DNA from: Octopus bimaculoides
Lineage: Eukaryota
NCBI RefSeq assembly: GCF_001194135.2
Contig: NC_068982.1
Span: 189,064,047 to 189,128,046 of the forward strand
Length of the DNA stretch: 64,000 nt
Direction: 5' to 3'
Shown: positions 1 through 12,898 of the stretch, one piece after another
Numbering within the stretch: position 1 is the first letter of the stretch
How the letters are laid out: each line of letters begins with the position of its first letter
Translations under genes and position numbers: made by a program
The notes under the pieces: model-generated
What the model saw: only the letters and a program-made list of their open reading frames with translations
Told to the model about the DNA's origin: nothing
Databases searched by the model: none

Positions 1-432
1 TAAAAAAGATAAACAGTTGAAGTTTGTAAAAACAAAATTTAAACAACAACAAAAGGGTTTATAACCAGAGAATGTTTTTTTTTATATAAACAGACGTGTT
101 TGATTTTTCTGTTTCCATATTTTTGTTGTTGTTATTGTTTAGTCTCAGACGTAAACATTCTTGGACGTATAATGATGCGTGTCTTGGTAGTTGTGCCATT
201 TACTGGTTCCAGCAAAATGCAACTGTAAACAAGTTGACATTTATACGAAAATAACGACTGAAATAACATTTGTACGAAACAAGGAAACAACCCCACAAAC
301 AAACATGTATTCCAGCCTCAAAGATCAACATTCGACCAAGGCAAAAATAGAAAGAATATCATTGAATAATATTGAATATTTACAGATCCATAGGTATAAG
401 AATATATATATATATATATATGTGTTTATATA

Positions 433-787
433 TTCTTTTATTTCTTTCAATCATTTGACTGTGGCCATGCTGGAGCACCACTTTTTAGTCAGACAAATTG
501 ACCCCAGGACTTATTCTTTACAAGCTTAGTACTTATTCTATCATTCTCTTTTGCCAAACCGCTAAGTTATGGGGATGTAAACACACCAACATCAGTTGTT
601 AAGTAATGGTGGGGGGACAAAGCATGACAGGCTTCTTTCAGTTTCTGTCTACCAAATCCACTCACAAGGCTTTGGACGACCAGAGGCTATAATAGAAGAC
701 ATTTGCCCAAGGTGCCAGGCAGTGGGACTGAACTCAGAACCGTGTATTTGGTAAGCAAGCTTCTTACCACACAGCCACACCTGCGCA
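433..787 (-). mobile_element. tRNA-headed SINE, family A (CORE-like box, internal microsatellite slot)
   Basis: Minus strand: A box TGGCTGTGTGG, B box AGTTCAGTCCC, then GGCACCTTGGGCAAATGTCTTC and the tail; same family as the copies below. Confidence 0.8.
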
Positions 788-789
788 TG

Positions 790-820
<31 letters not shown>

Positions 821-1105
821 NNNNNNNNNNNNNNNNNNNNNNNNNNNNNNNNNNNNNNNNNNNNNNNNNNNNNNNNNNNNNNNNNNNNNNNNNNNNNNNN
901 NNNNNNNNNNNNNNNNNNNNNNNNNNNNNNNNNNNNNNNNNNNNNNNNNNNNNNNNNNNNNNNNNNNNNNNNNNNNNNNNNNNNNNNNNNNNNNNNNNNN
1001 NNNNNNNNNNNNNNNNNNNNNNNNNNNNNNNNNNNNNNNNNNNNNNNNNNNNNNNNNNNNNNNNNNNNNNNNNNNNNNNNNNNNNNNNNNNNNNNNNNNN
1101 NNNNN

Positions 1106-1146
<41 letters not shown>

Positions 1147-2046
1147 ACATGCACATGCAAACACACACTCACACACAGAGGAAAATAAAGAAATAAGTAA
1201 TTTTTTTTCCCACAAGTAGAATTATAAAAAAGAAGTTGAAAATGCACTTGGAGTCATTAAGAAGATTGATATTTACTTGACCAGTTTTCAAAAGTAATGT
1301 TAAATGCTATAACATATTTATAAAACGTAAAGACCTGGAGTTATGTTGTATTTGTGAGATGGAGGTGGGTGGAGTTATGCCATATCTCAGCTTGTGACAA
1401 ATTCAATATAGCATCAGATCCTTCCATTTCACACTATTTGTGAAAACAGATTCCTATAGAGTAGTGCACGGTTTTCTGAGATTGTACTGCTGCTGCTACT
1501 CACACACACCTCCTAGAATGCGTCCAAGATAAGGCACCCGCTAATGCAATCCATCCTCTGGCCTACAGACCAGCTGTCTCCTCTTTTTCCCCTTCCAACT
1601 GGTAGTCTACAGTAGTCTCTGGCACTGAAATAAAGGATCAGTCATTGAAATCATAGAGCTGTTGATGTGCTTTCACCAGATGAGATCCTGGCCAAACATC
1701 TAAGAGCATTAGTGAAGGCCCCTGTTGTATACTGCTCATGTCGAAGGAAATGAGGAGCCATGATGTTTAACCCGAGGTAAGTAAGCCGTAGTTGAGTCTA
1801 AGTTGGACTTCACTAAACTAGAAATGCATATAACTCAATTATAGATCGTCTTCCAACCATAAAACTTCAACAATTCTGAAAAGAAAAATAATAGTAGATA
1901 AAAATAAATAAAATAAATAAAATAAAAATAAGGTGGTGCTCCACCATGGCCACAGTCTATTGGCTGAAACCACTAAAAGAGTAAAAGAATACATAAACAC
2001 ACACATACATACCTACGTACATATATGTACATATACATATATGTAT

Positions 2047-2085
<39 letters not shown>

Positions 2086-2487
2086 CGCACACACACATGC
2101 GGACATTAAACGATGATGATGATGACACACATATACAAACAATCGTTGTAAATCAATCAGGAATATTTCCTTCAATCAATAACTACTGCAAAAAGTTAGA
2201 GACTACAAAGACATTTCCAGGGAGAAAAAAAATGGTCTCCAGGCTTATATATATATATATTTTTTTTTTTTGTTTTTTGAAAAAAAATAATAAATAGTTT
2301 AATGTGGTGCTATTGAATTTTGAGAAGATGTGAAAATTCTTTTGTTAAGAACCATTCTTAGAATATTCCTTCAGTATTTATTTTGTGTTATTAAGCAACT
2401 TATTTATGGAAATGATGTCTGTCCATGAAGTTAACGACATATATACATTAATGCATTAATGTTGCTGTTAATATTCTCTGAAAACAA

Positions 2488-2921
2488 GATGGTGAGCTGA
2501 CAGAATCGTTACCATGGTGGGCTAAATGCTTAGTACCATTTCGTCTGTCTTTTCATTTGGGGTTCAAATTTTGCTGAAGTTGACTTTGTCTTCAATTCTT
2601 TCGGGGTTAATAAAATAAATGCCCATTGAAGATTGGAGTTGATGCTATTAATTTAACCCCTTCTCTTAAAATTGCTGGTCTTGTGCCAAATTTCGAAACC
2701 AATATTATTCTCCAAGAACAAAGGTGGTGAACTGGCAGAATGCTAAGAGGCATTTTATCCGTATTTGCATTCTGAGTGAAGATTCTGCCAAAGTTGGCTT
2801 TGTCTTTCGTCCTTTAGGGGTTGACAAAATAAATAGCAGCTGAACATTGGGGTCGATGTAATTGACTTATCCACTTCCCCAAAATTACTGGTGCCGTGCC
2901 AAAATTTGAAACCAATATTAT
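2488..2921 (+). mobile_element. Two tandem decayed SINE family C copies
   Basis: Each has GGTGA.CTG.CAGAAT...TTC...TTGACTTTGTCTT...GGGGT..ATAAAATAAAT...GGTC.ATG and ends GTGCCAAA.TT.GAAACCAATATTAT. Confidence 0.7.
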
Positions 2922-3068
2922 CACTAGCACAGCTAAGGTGTGTGCCACTCGGGGAGGCCCTTCTGCTTCCTGTCCCCAGACCCTACAAAAGACACATATT
3001 GCTTACAACAGACCCAAAAGTGCCACCCAGGGCAGACCGCCCCTACCGCCCCGCCAGCTATGCTAGTG
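2922..3068. mobile_element. hAT-type MITE (147 bp)
   Basis: TIRs CACTAGCACAGCT/AGCTATGCTAGTG with a perfect 8-bp TSD AATATTAT. The un-inserted target is visible in the neighbouring SINE end at about 2695-2712. Confidence 0.88.
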
Positions 3069-3117
3069 AATATTATTCTCTGAGAACCAATTTTTGTTTC
3101 TATTTATAATTAAGAAT

Positions 3118-3425
3118 CACTATGGTCTCACTTGCTTTTCGGGTCTTCTCAAGGCACAGCATATCTCCAAAGGTCTCGGTTACTAGTCATTGCCTCGGTA
3201 AGGCCCAATCTTTGAAGGTCATGCTTCACCACCTCATCCCAGGTTTTCCTGGGTCTACCTCTTCTGCTAAGGTGTGACACTTTTTCACACAGCTGTCCTC
3301 ATTCATTCGCAACAGATGACCATCCCAGAGCAGTCGTCTCTCTCTTGCACACCACATCTGATGCATCTTAAGTCCAACTTTTCTCTCATGGCGCTTACAC
3401 TCTGTCATGTATACACACTGACATT
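3118..3425 (-). mobile_element. RTE LINE ORF C-terminal fragment
   Basis: RRLLWDGHLLRMNEDSCVKKC...GKPG is the RTE-type RLRW.GHV.RM...RGRP motif; homologous to 21035-21270 and 46960-47105. Confidence 0.8.
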
Positions 3426-4087
3426 ACACATCCAGTGGAGCATACTGGCTTCATTCCTTGCAAGCTATACATATATAATATATATGGGTTATGAATTAAT
3501 GTCGATAAATGGAGGTAAATATATTTTATAGTTATCATATTTTTTCTTAAAATATGGTATGTACACCTGAAGATCAGAAAATGTGCTACTAAATAAAGTT
3601 AATTCTTTAAAAAAATTGATTTATTTAGTTTGTACATTAATCATGAAACTAGTTTTGTATTGACCACAGAAACTAAAAAATAAACTTCATATATTCTGCC
3701 CATTTTACATCATTTTTGTACCAAGGTTAAAAGTCTGTTTTTATTTTATTTTTATTTTAAAAACAACAGCCATTCAACACGGAGTTCGGCTTTAACTGCT
3801 CTTTCTCCCTCTCTTTGTCTCTCTCTCTCTCACTGTATATCATCATCATCATCATTTAATGTCCGCTTTCCATGCTAGCATGGGTTGGACGATTTGACTG
3901 AGGACTGGTGAAACCAGATGGCTACACCAGGCTCCNNNNNNNNNNNNNNNNNNNNNNNNNNNNNNNNNNNNNNNNNNNNNNNNNNNNNNNNNNNNNNNNN
4001 NNNNNNNNNNNNNNNNNNNNNNNNNNATATATGTATGTATGTATGTATGTATATGTCTGTATATATATATATATATATATATAGATA

Positions 4088-4412
4088 CCTGACTGGCTCT
4101 CATGCTGGTGGCATGTAAAAAGCACCAACTGAATGTGGTTGATGCCAGTAGCCCCTGACTGGCTCCTGTGCCAGTGGCACGTAAAAAGCACTATATGAAC
4201 GTGATGGATGCCAGGGCCCCCTGGTATCGATCATGTAAAAAGCACCCACTACACTCTTGGAGTGGTTGGCATTAGGAAGGACATCCAGCTGTAGAAATAT
4301 TGCCAGATCAGATTGGAGCCTGTTGCAGCCTTCTGGCTTTCCAGCCCTCACTCAAACCATCCAGCCCATACCAGCATGGAAAACGGACGTTAAACGATGA
4401 TGATGATGATGT
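4088..4412 (+). mobile_element. RTE-derived 3' UTR copy (repeat units plus (ATG)n tail)
   Basis: Repeat units with GTAAAAAGCACC, then GGTTGGCATTAGGAAGGACATCCAGC...GGACGTTAAACGATGATG. About 30 full or partial copies occur on both strands across the window. Confidence 0.8.
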
Positions 4413-5108
4413 GTAAGAGTGTGTGTATGTGTTTGTGTGCATACATAGTCCCTTTGCCATCTTTCATTCTACTTCAGATCTGCCATGTAAACAAGACATA
4501 CATAACAAAGACACACTGCACTTACACACACACACACACAGCTACGGATGATCAATTAATCTTTCGTCATTTTGACATTTCTCTCTCAGTAACATTGAAG
4601 AACCAGAGAAATCTAATTCCTTAGAAATCACGTTCAACACTTGCCATTTATTTCTTTATTCATTTATTGTGTAATTATGGGATTTCTTCCTCTATTTATT
4701 TAATCATTCATTAACTGCCTCACACCTTCCTTTCTCTCTTTCTTCCATCCTTTCCTTTTCTTTCTTCTCTTGATTTCTTTTCTTTTCTTACGCCTTTCTG
4801 TATTTAAATGTTTAATGAAACATCAGAGATGATCCGTAACTGTGTTTATTGACTTTCTACCACATATACACTCAGATTCATAGATATTTTCATAGATGTA
4901 TATATATGCACATACATATATATACACATGCACATAAATAGTTTCTCCCACCTACACATATTTTTGCATGTATGTATGTGTGTGTGTGTGTATGTGTATA
5001 TAAATGCATATACATAGTCATATAAATATCTATCTATCTATCTATCTATCTATATATATATATATATACATACATACTTGCAGATATATATATATATATG
5101 TTTGGATT

Positions 5109-5145
<37 letters not shown>

Positions 5146-5784
5146 NNNNNNNNNNNNNNNNNNNNNNNNAGGGCATCCAGCTGTAGAAACTCTGCCAGAT
5201 CAGATTGGAGCCTGGTGTGCAGCCATCTGGCTCACCAGTCCTCAGTCAAGCCATCCAACCCATGCCAGCATGGAAAGCAGATGCTAAACGATGATGATGA
5301 TGATGATGATGATGATCCCCGTCCCTTGTGAGTATGCTCAGCACTTTGCCACCATCTCTATCCCTCAGGTCGGGTGACCCTGTATTCCCTTTGCGGCAGC
5401 ACACCTGTTTCTATCATCATTCCTGATCTCTCTCTCTCTCTCTGGCAAGGTGACCTTGTACGTCCTCTACAGCAAGACACCTATTTCTGTCTCTCTGTCT
5501 CACAATAACCTTTCATCATCCGACACAAGAGCACCTACTCCAATGTTCCCTCCCCTCCCAAAAGAGGTTTTAGGGGGATTTTTTTGTCTTGCAAAGTACT
5601 CGGTGACCCTGTCAGTGCAGGTGCCACTTAAAAGCATCCAGTCCACACTGTAAAGTGGTTGGTGTTAGGAAGGGCATCCAGCTGTAAAAATCCTGCCAAA
5701 ACTGTCACAGAAGTCTGGTGCAGGCTTCTGCCTGGCCGGCTCTTGTCAAACTGTTGGAGCATATGTCGATGTGTTCACTGAATG

Positions 5785-5832
<48 letters not shown>

Positions 5833-6716
5833 AAGTACCAGTTACATATATATGTATGTATACACATATACACACACACACATGCACAAACGTGTTTATA
5901 TTTAGTAAATAGGATTCTCCAATGTAAATCTGCTATCAAAGCTGGATGTTAATCTAAATACACGGATTAATCATCCACCTGCATCCCCACTTGGAGCTCT
6001 AGTGTGGGTGCTTTCTTCCACGATGCTATACTGAAGAGTGCTATGCATTCACCCACACAAACACTTGTACATATACATGCATACCCACACTCTCCATGTC
6101 TCTGTGAGTATGGCTGCATGGGTGTGTATTACACGCATTCATTTACGATACATAAACACTCACCTATGTACATGCATATATGAATACATGTATGAATGAA
6201 TGCGTGTGTGTGTGTACGTTTTATGTGTGCACACACACTTTTATGCATGTATGTATATGTACATGTAAGTGTGTATATGCATACATGTAGATACACATGC
6301 CAGCATGGTAAACAAACGCAAAGGATAATGATGATCACACACACACTGCTGGTTGGTTGGTGTTAGGAAGGGCATCCAGTTGTAAAAAACCATACCAAAA
6401 CAGACACAGAAGTCTGGTGCAGGCTGACCGGCTCCTGACAAACCGTGGAAGGTGGACGTTAAACGATGATGATGATGATACATGAGTATGCTTGTATGTG
6501 TGTTGGGTGAGTGGGTGAATGAAAGTATCTGTATAATTAAATATAAGCAAATACATTTAATATATATACACACACACACGTGTATACAGGGTGCAGTGAA
6601 TAAATTGTTGTCCAAATTACACACAAAAAAAAATAGCACAATATCTCATTTTAACAGATATATTTACTAAAATTAGATTAAAATTTCTTGAAATACTAAA
6701 GAGTAAATTTATTCAA

Positions 6717-7674
6717 CTAGAAAAGCACTCGGAGAGCACAGATCTCCGCCAAGCAGCTCATTTCCACCCATATACACACATGCTGAAAATCATCCAATTT
6801 CCCAAACCAACGCCAGCAAAAACATAACCTCCTTGGTGGGGTTAAAAAAAAAATAACACACCCATATGATTTTGAAAAAAAAAAAACCTTTAAAACCAGG
6901 AATCATCTGAAGCAGTTATAATACATCAATGACAACAGTAAGCTAGTTTCACCATACAACTAAAAAGAAACAACAATTACCTAAACCTTGAGTGATACAC
7001 ACAAGATCATGGTCGGAAAAGTAACAGTCGGTTACGGTGACTTGTGGACTCCGATCCTGGTTCACGTAAACATGATCTAGCAGGGTTCTATAGTCAGTGG
7101 TGGGTTTTTGGACTAGTTGGTCTAACCCAAACTGGTTCATAGTTGTCAAGATCTCATGGTTAGGGGAATCAAGGAGATCCATGTTGAAATCACCAAGGAC
7201 GATGGTCAGATGATTCCTTGGCAAAGATCAAAGAGGTATTTGTCTACTTACGAAAATAAACCTATCTACCTACCAACCTACTTTACATCCCTCTGTGGTC
7301 AGTATAGTATCAATCATTCCTCAAGAGTTTCCTCAAGAGTTCATAGATACGCGAGTAAAATTACTAATAGAGAAACAAAAATAAACTTTGGAAACAGTTT
7401 ATGTGGAAACGATGAACGTGTTTTCAAGGGAGATAATCAAAGAACGTAACATTGTAATACTTCATGTATAGTAAATATAACAAATGAAAAATCCTTCAAG
7501 AATCCATAAAAATTGCTGGATCACTACCAAAATTTCACCATCTGTTCCTTGTGTCATTACCAACTTTTCTTGCAAGTTTCATTAAATACCATTCACAACT
7601 TTTTGAGTTATTTTGCACACAGACAGACAAACTAATGACAATGAAACCATAACTTCCTTCCTAGGCAGAGGTAA
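6717..7674 (-). mobile_element. Helentron/Helitron2-type non-autonomous element with AP-endonuclease remnant
   Basis: Minus strand starts TTACCTCTGCCTAGG and ends CTTGGCGGAG...GTGCTCTCCGAGTGC(hairpin)TTTTCTAG. It has sub-terminal inverted repeats and no TSD, and it splits a mariner copy whose empty site is present elsewhere in the window. Confidence 0.75.
6949..7224 (-). pseudogene. C-terminal part of an APE-type endonuclease (Helentron EN domain)
   Basis: TIVLGDFNMD...QLVQKPTT...LLDHVYVN...YFSDHDLV contains the GDFN, DH and SDH motifs; the upstream frame is broken by a stop. Confidence 0.8.
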
Positions 7675-8988
7675 TAAAATCGCCATTGGCTTCAACCACG
7701 GTCTCCAGATGACTTTGGAATCTCCTGCAACTCTTCTGGATGGTCTCTTTGTTTAACTTGGTGAATGCTGCCATAATCCTTGCCTTCAGTTCATCTTTGG
7801 TGTTACAAGGAGTTTTGTTGGTCTCTCACTCAACTGTGCCCTACACATAGTAATCAAGGGGTTTGCAGTCTGGGGAGTTAGGTGGCCAGATGTTAGGGGT
7901 GATAATAATAAAATAATCGTAAATGATAATATAATGTAAATTAAATATACATCATTTTATGAGAAACAAACATTAATATTTAATAATTAATGTTATAAAA
8001 TTTAATAAGGGGCTNNNNNNNNNNNNNNNNNNNNNNNNNNNNNNNNNNNNNNNNNNNNNNNNNNNNNNNNNNNNNNNNNNNNNNNNNNNNNNNNNNNNNN
8101 NNNNNNNNNNNNNNNNNNNNNNNNNNNNNNNNNNNNNNNNNNNNNNNNNNNNNNNNNNNNNNNNNNNNNNNNNNNNNNNNNNNNNNNNNNNNNNNNNNNN
8201 NNNNNNNNNNNNNNNNNNNNNNNNNNNNNNNNNNNNNNNNNNNNNNNNNNNNNNNNNNNNNNNNNNNNNNNNNNNNNNNNNNNNNNNNNNNNNNNNNNNN
8301 NNNNNNNNNNNNNNNNNNNNNNNNNNNNNNNNNNNNNNNNNNNNNNNNNNNNNNNNNNNNNNNNNNNNNNNNNNNNNNNNNNNNNNNNNNNNNNNNNNNN
8401 NNNNNNNNNNNNNNNNNNNNNNNNNNNNNNNNNNNNNNNNNNNNNNNNNNNNNNNNNNNNNNNNNNNNNNNNNNNNNNNNNNNNNNNNNNNNNNNNNNNN
8501 NNNNNNNNNNNNNNNNNNNNNNNNNNNNNNNNNNNNNNNNNNNNNNNNNNNNNNNNNNNNNNNNNNNNNNNNNNNNNNNNNNNNNNNNNNNNNNNNNNNN
8601 NNNNNNNNNNNNNNNNNNNNNNNNNNNNNNNNNNNNNNNNNNNNNNNNNNNNNNNNNNNNNNNNNNNNNNNNNNNNNNNNNNNNNNNNNNNNNNNNNNNN
8701 NNNNNNNNNNNNNNNNNNNNNNNNNNNNNNNNNNNNNNNNNNNNNNNNNNNNNNNNNNNNNNNNNNNNNNNNNNNNNNNNNNNNNNNNNNNNNNNNNNNN
8801 NNNNNNNNNNNNNNNNNNNNNNNNNNNNNNNNNNNNNNNNNNNNNNNNNNNNNNNNNNNNNNNNNNNNNNNNNNNNNNNNNNNNNNNNNNNNNNNNNNNN
8901 NNNNNNNNNNNNNNNNNNNNNNNNNNNNNNNNNNNNNNNNNNNNNNNNNNNNNNNNNNNNNNNNNNNNNNNNNNNNNNNNNNNNNNNN

Positions 8989-9385
8989 GCCGTTACGTTC
9001 TGAGTTCAAATTCCGCCGAGGTCGACTTCGCCTTTCATCCTTTCGGAGTCGATAATTTAAGTACCAGTTACGCACTGGGGTCGATATAATCGACTTAATC
9101 CCTTTGTCTGTCCTTGTTTGTCCCCTCTATGTTTAGCTCCTTGTGAGCAATAAAAGAAATGAGAAACGTTAGCACGCCGGGCGAAATGTTTAGCGGTATT
9201 TTGTCTGTCTTTATGTTCTGAGTTCAAATTCCGCAGAGGTCGACTTTGCCTTTCATCCTTTCGGGGTCGATAAATTAAATACCAGTTGCGTACTGAGGTC
9301 GATCTAATTGACTGCCCCNNNNNNNNNNNNNNNNCCCCTCCCCCAAAATTTCAGGTCTTGTGTCTACAGTAGAAAAGAATTCTCA
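8989..9385 (+). mobile_element. Two tandem SINE family C copies with different 3' tails
   Basis: B box GAGTTCAAATTCC and central GTCGACTTTGCCTTTCATCCTTTCGGGGTCGATAAATTAA.TACCAG (resembles the Deu/Nin-type conserved SINE domain). Tail 1 is TTAATCCCTTTGTCTGTCC; tail 2 is CCCCTCCCCCAAAATTTC. Confidence 0.82.
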
Positions 9386-10023
9386 TTTACCTGGTGTGAC
9401 GTGCGTGACAAAAATGAACGTGACGGCTTCAAGACAAATATTTTTTATATATTCCAAATAGTGTAGATCTGGAAGAAATTGTCCTAATATTAATATCTGG
9501 TCCAAAATGAACCATTTTAACATACCTTGAAAAGACGGGTTTTGAGAAAAATTCTTCGAAAACAAGCGATTTGTAAGTGCTTTACAATGTGAGATACTAA
9601 AAAATGTCGAAAAATCTCGAAAAGAAAAATGCCCCAAGAAATTCCATTTAATTCCTGACAGCTGTTCCAAAAGTCCCCAAACGACTGATGTGTTTTGCCG
9701 TGATTTCTCTATTTACTTTCAATTAATATTTAATATTGAATAAGACAATGTTGTTCTGTGAAAAAAGCCGACACATTTTTGCTTGGTTAAATTTTAAAAG
9801 TTATTCACGGCTTAGATTTGTTTGTCTTGTTTTTTTCTTCAAGTTGTTCCAATTCTATAATGGCATTGAAGTAGACATATTGAGTTACGATCAGCGACAC
9901 GTGGATTTTGCAGCAGGAACATTGCATGGTTTGGTAATTTATGTTGCGGAGGTTACAGGGAAGAAACTTATATTGGACATATTTGTATATACAGGGATGT
10001 AAGATGTGTGTTTGTGCATGCAA

Positions 10024-10320
10024 GTATGTACCTATGTATGTACTACGTACGTACCTATGTATGTACTACGTACGTACCTATGTATGTACTACGTACGTAC
10101 CTATGTATGTGTATGTTTGTACGTACGGACGTATGTATATGTACGTCCGTACGTATTTATGTATGTATGTATGTATGTGTATGTATGTATGTATGTATGT
10201 ATGTGTACGTACGTACGTATGTATGTGTGTGTATATATGTATGTATGTACCTACGTATGTATATGTATGTTTGTATGTATGTACGTATGTATGTACGTAC
10301 GTACGTTTATGTATGTACGG
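10024..10320 (+). repeat. (TATG)/(TACG) satellite with a 23-bp higher-order unit
   Basis: CCTATGTATGTACTACGTACGTA starts at 10031, 10054 and 10077. Confidence 0.9.
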
Positions 10321-10981
10321 CCAGCAGGTCTGTTAAGTGGCCAATGTTTCTAAGAGCACAATAGGTGCGAAATCCAATGGTAACTTTCTGACCGGCCATT
10401 CCAGCATGACCACCACTTTTGCATTGAAACCCCATAACAAAATGTGTGTGTGTGTGTGTGTGTGTTACAGGCAACATAGAGCACGAAACGGCATTTTAAG
10501 TTCTGAAGTCAAGCGCGGACCCAAATAAACTTTTGCCTTTCATCTTGCCTGATGTCGTCGTTAAAGTACCTGTTATGACCTGCAGACGTAGATTTAATCG
10601 ATTTTAACTCTCTTCTGCTATCCACGGCTTTTCCACCTGTGTGATTAATCAATATTTATTTCAATTATCCTTCAACAAACCAAGAAATGGTCTCTCAACT
10701 GAATAACCAGGTTGTTTCTGCTCGACTGGACAACAATTAGAATAGACCGTGAGCTCAACGGACGGATCATCGGACAACTTACGTTTAATGGACGGGTGTG
10801 TGCGATACGTACACACACACACACACACACACACATTGCTGATATACAATGTACGTGGAGATTGTATGTATGAAATGTATATAACCGTACTTATATATAA
10901 TGTACATGTATAACGAGTGTACATGGTGTGCGTGTATATAAATGTATGTATATATATATACATATATGTATAGTATATATA

Positions 10982-11041
<60 letters not shown>

Positions 11042-11448
11042 ATATGCATATTAGGTATATATGTGTGATATCTGATCGTATTTATGTATAATGTATGTGT
11101 ATATGTATAATGAATATGTATAGAATATGTGTGTGTATATTTTATGGTAGGTAAATAAGCAGCTTGTAAAGGCGTATCATTCTATTTATATATATATGTG
11201 TGTGTGTGTGTGTATATTATCGATGTGCACGTAATAAATATATAAGAAGGCAGCAAGTAGCTTCCATAAATGTGTGCGTGCGTGTGTGAGTGTGTGTGTG
11301 TACGTGAAGTGCCAAGATAGATCAAACTGACGAAGAACAAAGTCAAAGGGTTTGATGTGTTGTTATCTATTCACGAGTATTGACTTTAATGCGGGACGCT
11401 TCTGAAACTTCTTACGCAGACTCGCACCTACATAAGCAGGTGTGTGTC

Positions 11449-11494
<46 letters not shown>

Positions 11495-11641
11495 CATGTA
11501 CGTATGTTATGTATGTATGTATGTATGTATGTATATATGTATATATATAAATATACATACGGAGAGGGCGGGGTGATGCAAACGGGTAAGACAGAACTCA
11601 GAATATGGGTATGTGTATATTTTTTAATTGATCTTTAGCAA

Positions 11642-11723
11642 AAGCAACAGAGTGACTCGAGGGCCGAGGGTTTCATAAGTGCTAACGCACGAAACACTCG
11701 GCCCTTGAGTCACTCCGTTTCTT
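11642..11723. other. Long GC-rich hairpin (pri-miRNA-like or tiny MITE relic)
   Basis: 25-bp arms at 11650-11674 and 11691-11715 with one mismatch and one G.U pair, plus basal and apical extensions. Confidence 0.6.
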
Positions 11724-11784
11724 CTGTTAAATAATAATAAAAAAATATATTCTGTGTTTGTGTAAGAGTATATTCTCGAGTTAT

Positions 11785-12178
11785 TCTTTTCTTTTAGTCT
11801 TTTACTTGTTTCAGTCACTTGACTGCGGCCATGCTGGAGCACCGACGTTGGTCGAACAAATCGACCCCAGGACTTATTCATTGTAAGCCTAGTACTTATT
11901 CTATCGGTTACTTTGCCCGAACTGCTAAGTTACGGGGACGTAAACACACCAACATCGGTTGTCAATCAACAAACACAGACACACAAATACACACGCATAC
12001 GCACACACATATATAATGGGCTTCTTTCAGTTTCCGTCTCTCAAATCCACTCGCAAGGCTTTAATCATTCCGTGGCTATAGTAGAAGACACTTGCCCAAG
12101 GTGCCACGTAGTGGAACTGAACCCTGAACTATGTGGTTGGTAAGCAAGCTTCTTACCACACAGCCACGCCTGCGCCTA
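11785..12178 (-). mobile_element. SINE family A, full length
   Basis: A box TGGCTGTGTGG, B box GGTTCAGTTCC, CCTTGGGCAAGTGTCTT, internal (TG)n and tail GACTGAAACAAGTAAAAG. Confidence 0.88.
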
Positions 12179-12641
12179 TATATGTGTTTTTTTTTAGCGT
12201 TTCAGTTATTAGACTGCAGCCGTGCAGTCTAATGACTGGTACTTATATCAGTTTATTTTGCTGAACTGCTAAGTTAAAGAGCATTAAACAAAGCAACACT
12301 GGTTGCAAAGCAATGGCGGGAGTGCAAATCACACACACACACACATGCATGTATTCAACGGGCTTCCACACAGTTTCCGTTTACCAAATTAATTCACATG
12401 GCATTGGCTGGTTGTCAGCCTGGGACTATAAACAAGACACTTGCCTCCAAGGTGCCGTGCAGCAGGACTGAACTCTAAACTCCATGAATGCAAAATGAAT
12501 CACACAGCTCTTCTCGCACCTGTGTGTCGTGTGTGTGCGTGTTATTGAAGCTAAAGAAACATTACAAGTTGTTACACAGTGTTTCATGTAGCTGTTCATC
12601 AGACAGTTGTGAGTATTTGGAATCATACATATACTATACAT

Positions 12642-12898
12642 CTGTGGTTCCCAAACTGTTTCGGGCTACCACCCTCTTGACACCCTTGTCACATTCCTAG
12701 TGCCCTCCCCCCACCCCAACCAACCATCACAAACAAAGACCTATTTCTGAAGTAAATTCAAAGCAACTGTATTTCACAAATAAAACTTAACCTAACAAAC
12801 CCATTATTTTGTTGTTTTTACATGAATCGCTACCCCCAATATCACCCCACTTTCCACTGTCCTCAGTGGGGCAATACCGCCCAATTTGGGAACCACTG
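12642..12898. mobile_element. hAT (Charlie-like) MITE
   Basis: TIRs CTGTGGTTCCCAAA/TTTGGGAACCACTG; 8-bp TSD CTATACAT/CTGTACAT. Confidence 0.88.

Larger units (their letters stand above)
6587..7903 (-). mobile_element. DD37D Tc1/mariner relic (3' end), interrupted by the Helentron at 6717-7674
   Basis: TA-CAGGGTGCAGTGAATAAATTG terminus; 7675-7903 matches the transposase C-terminus of the 21540-22389 copy. Confidence 0.85.
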
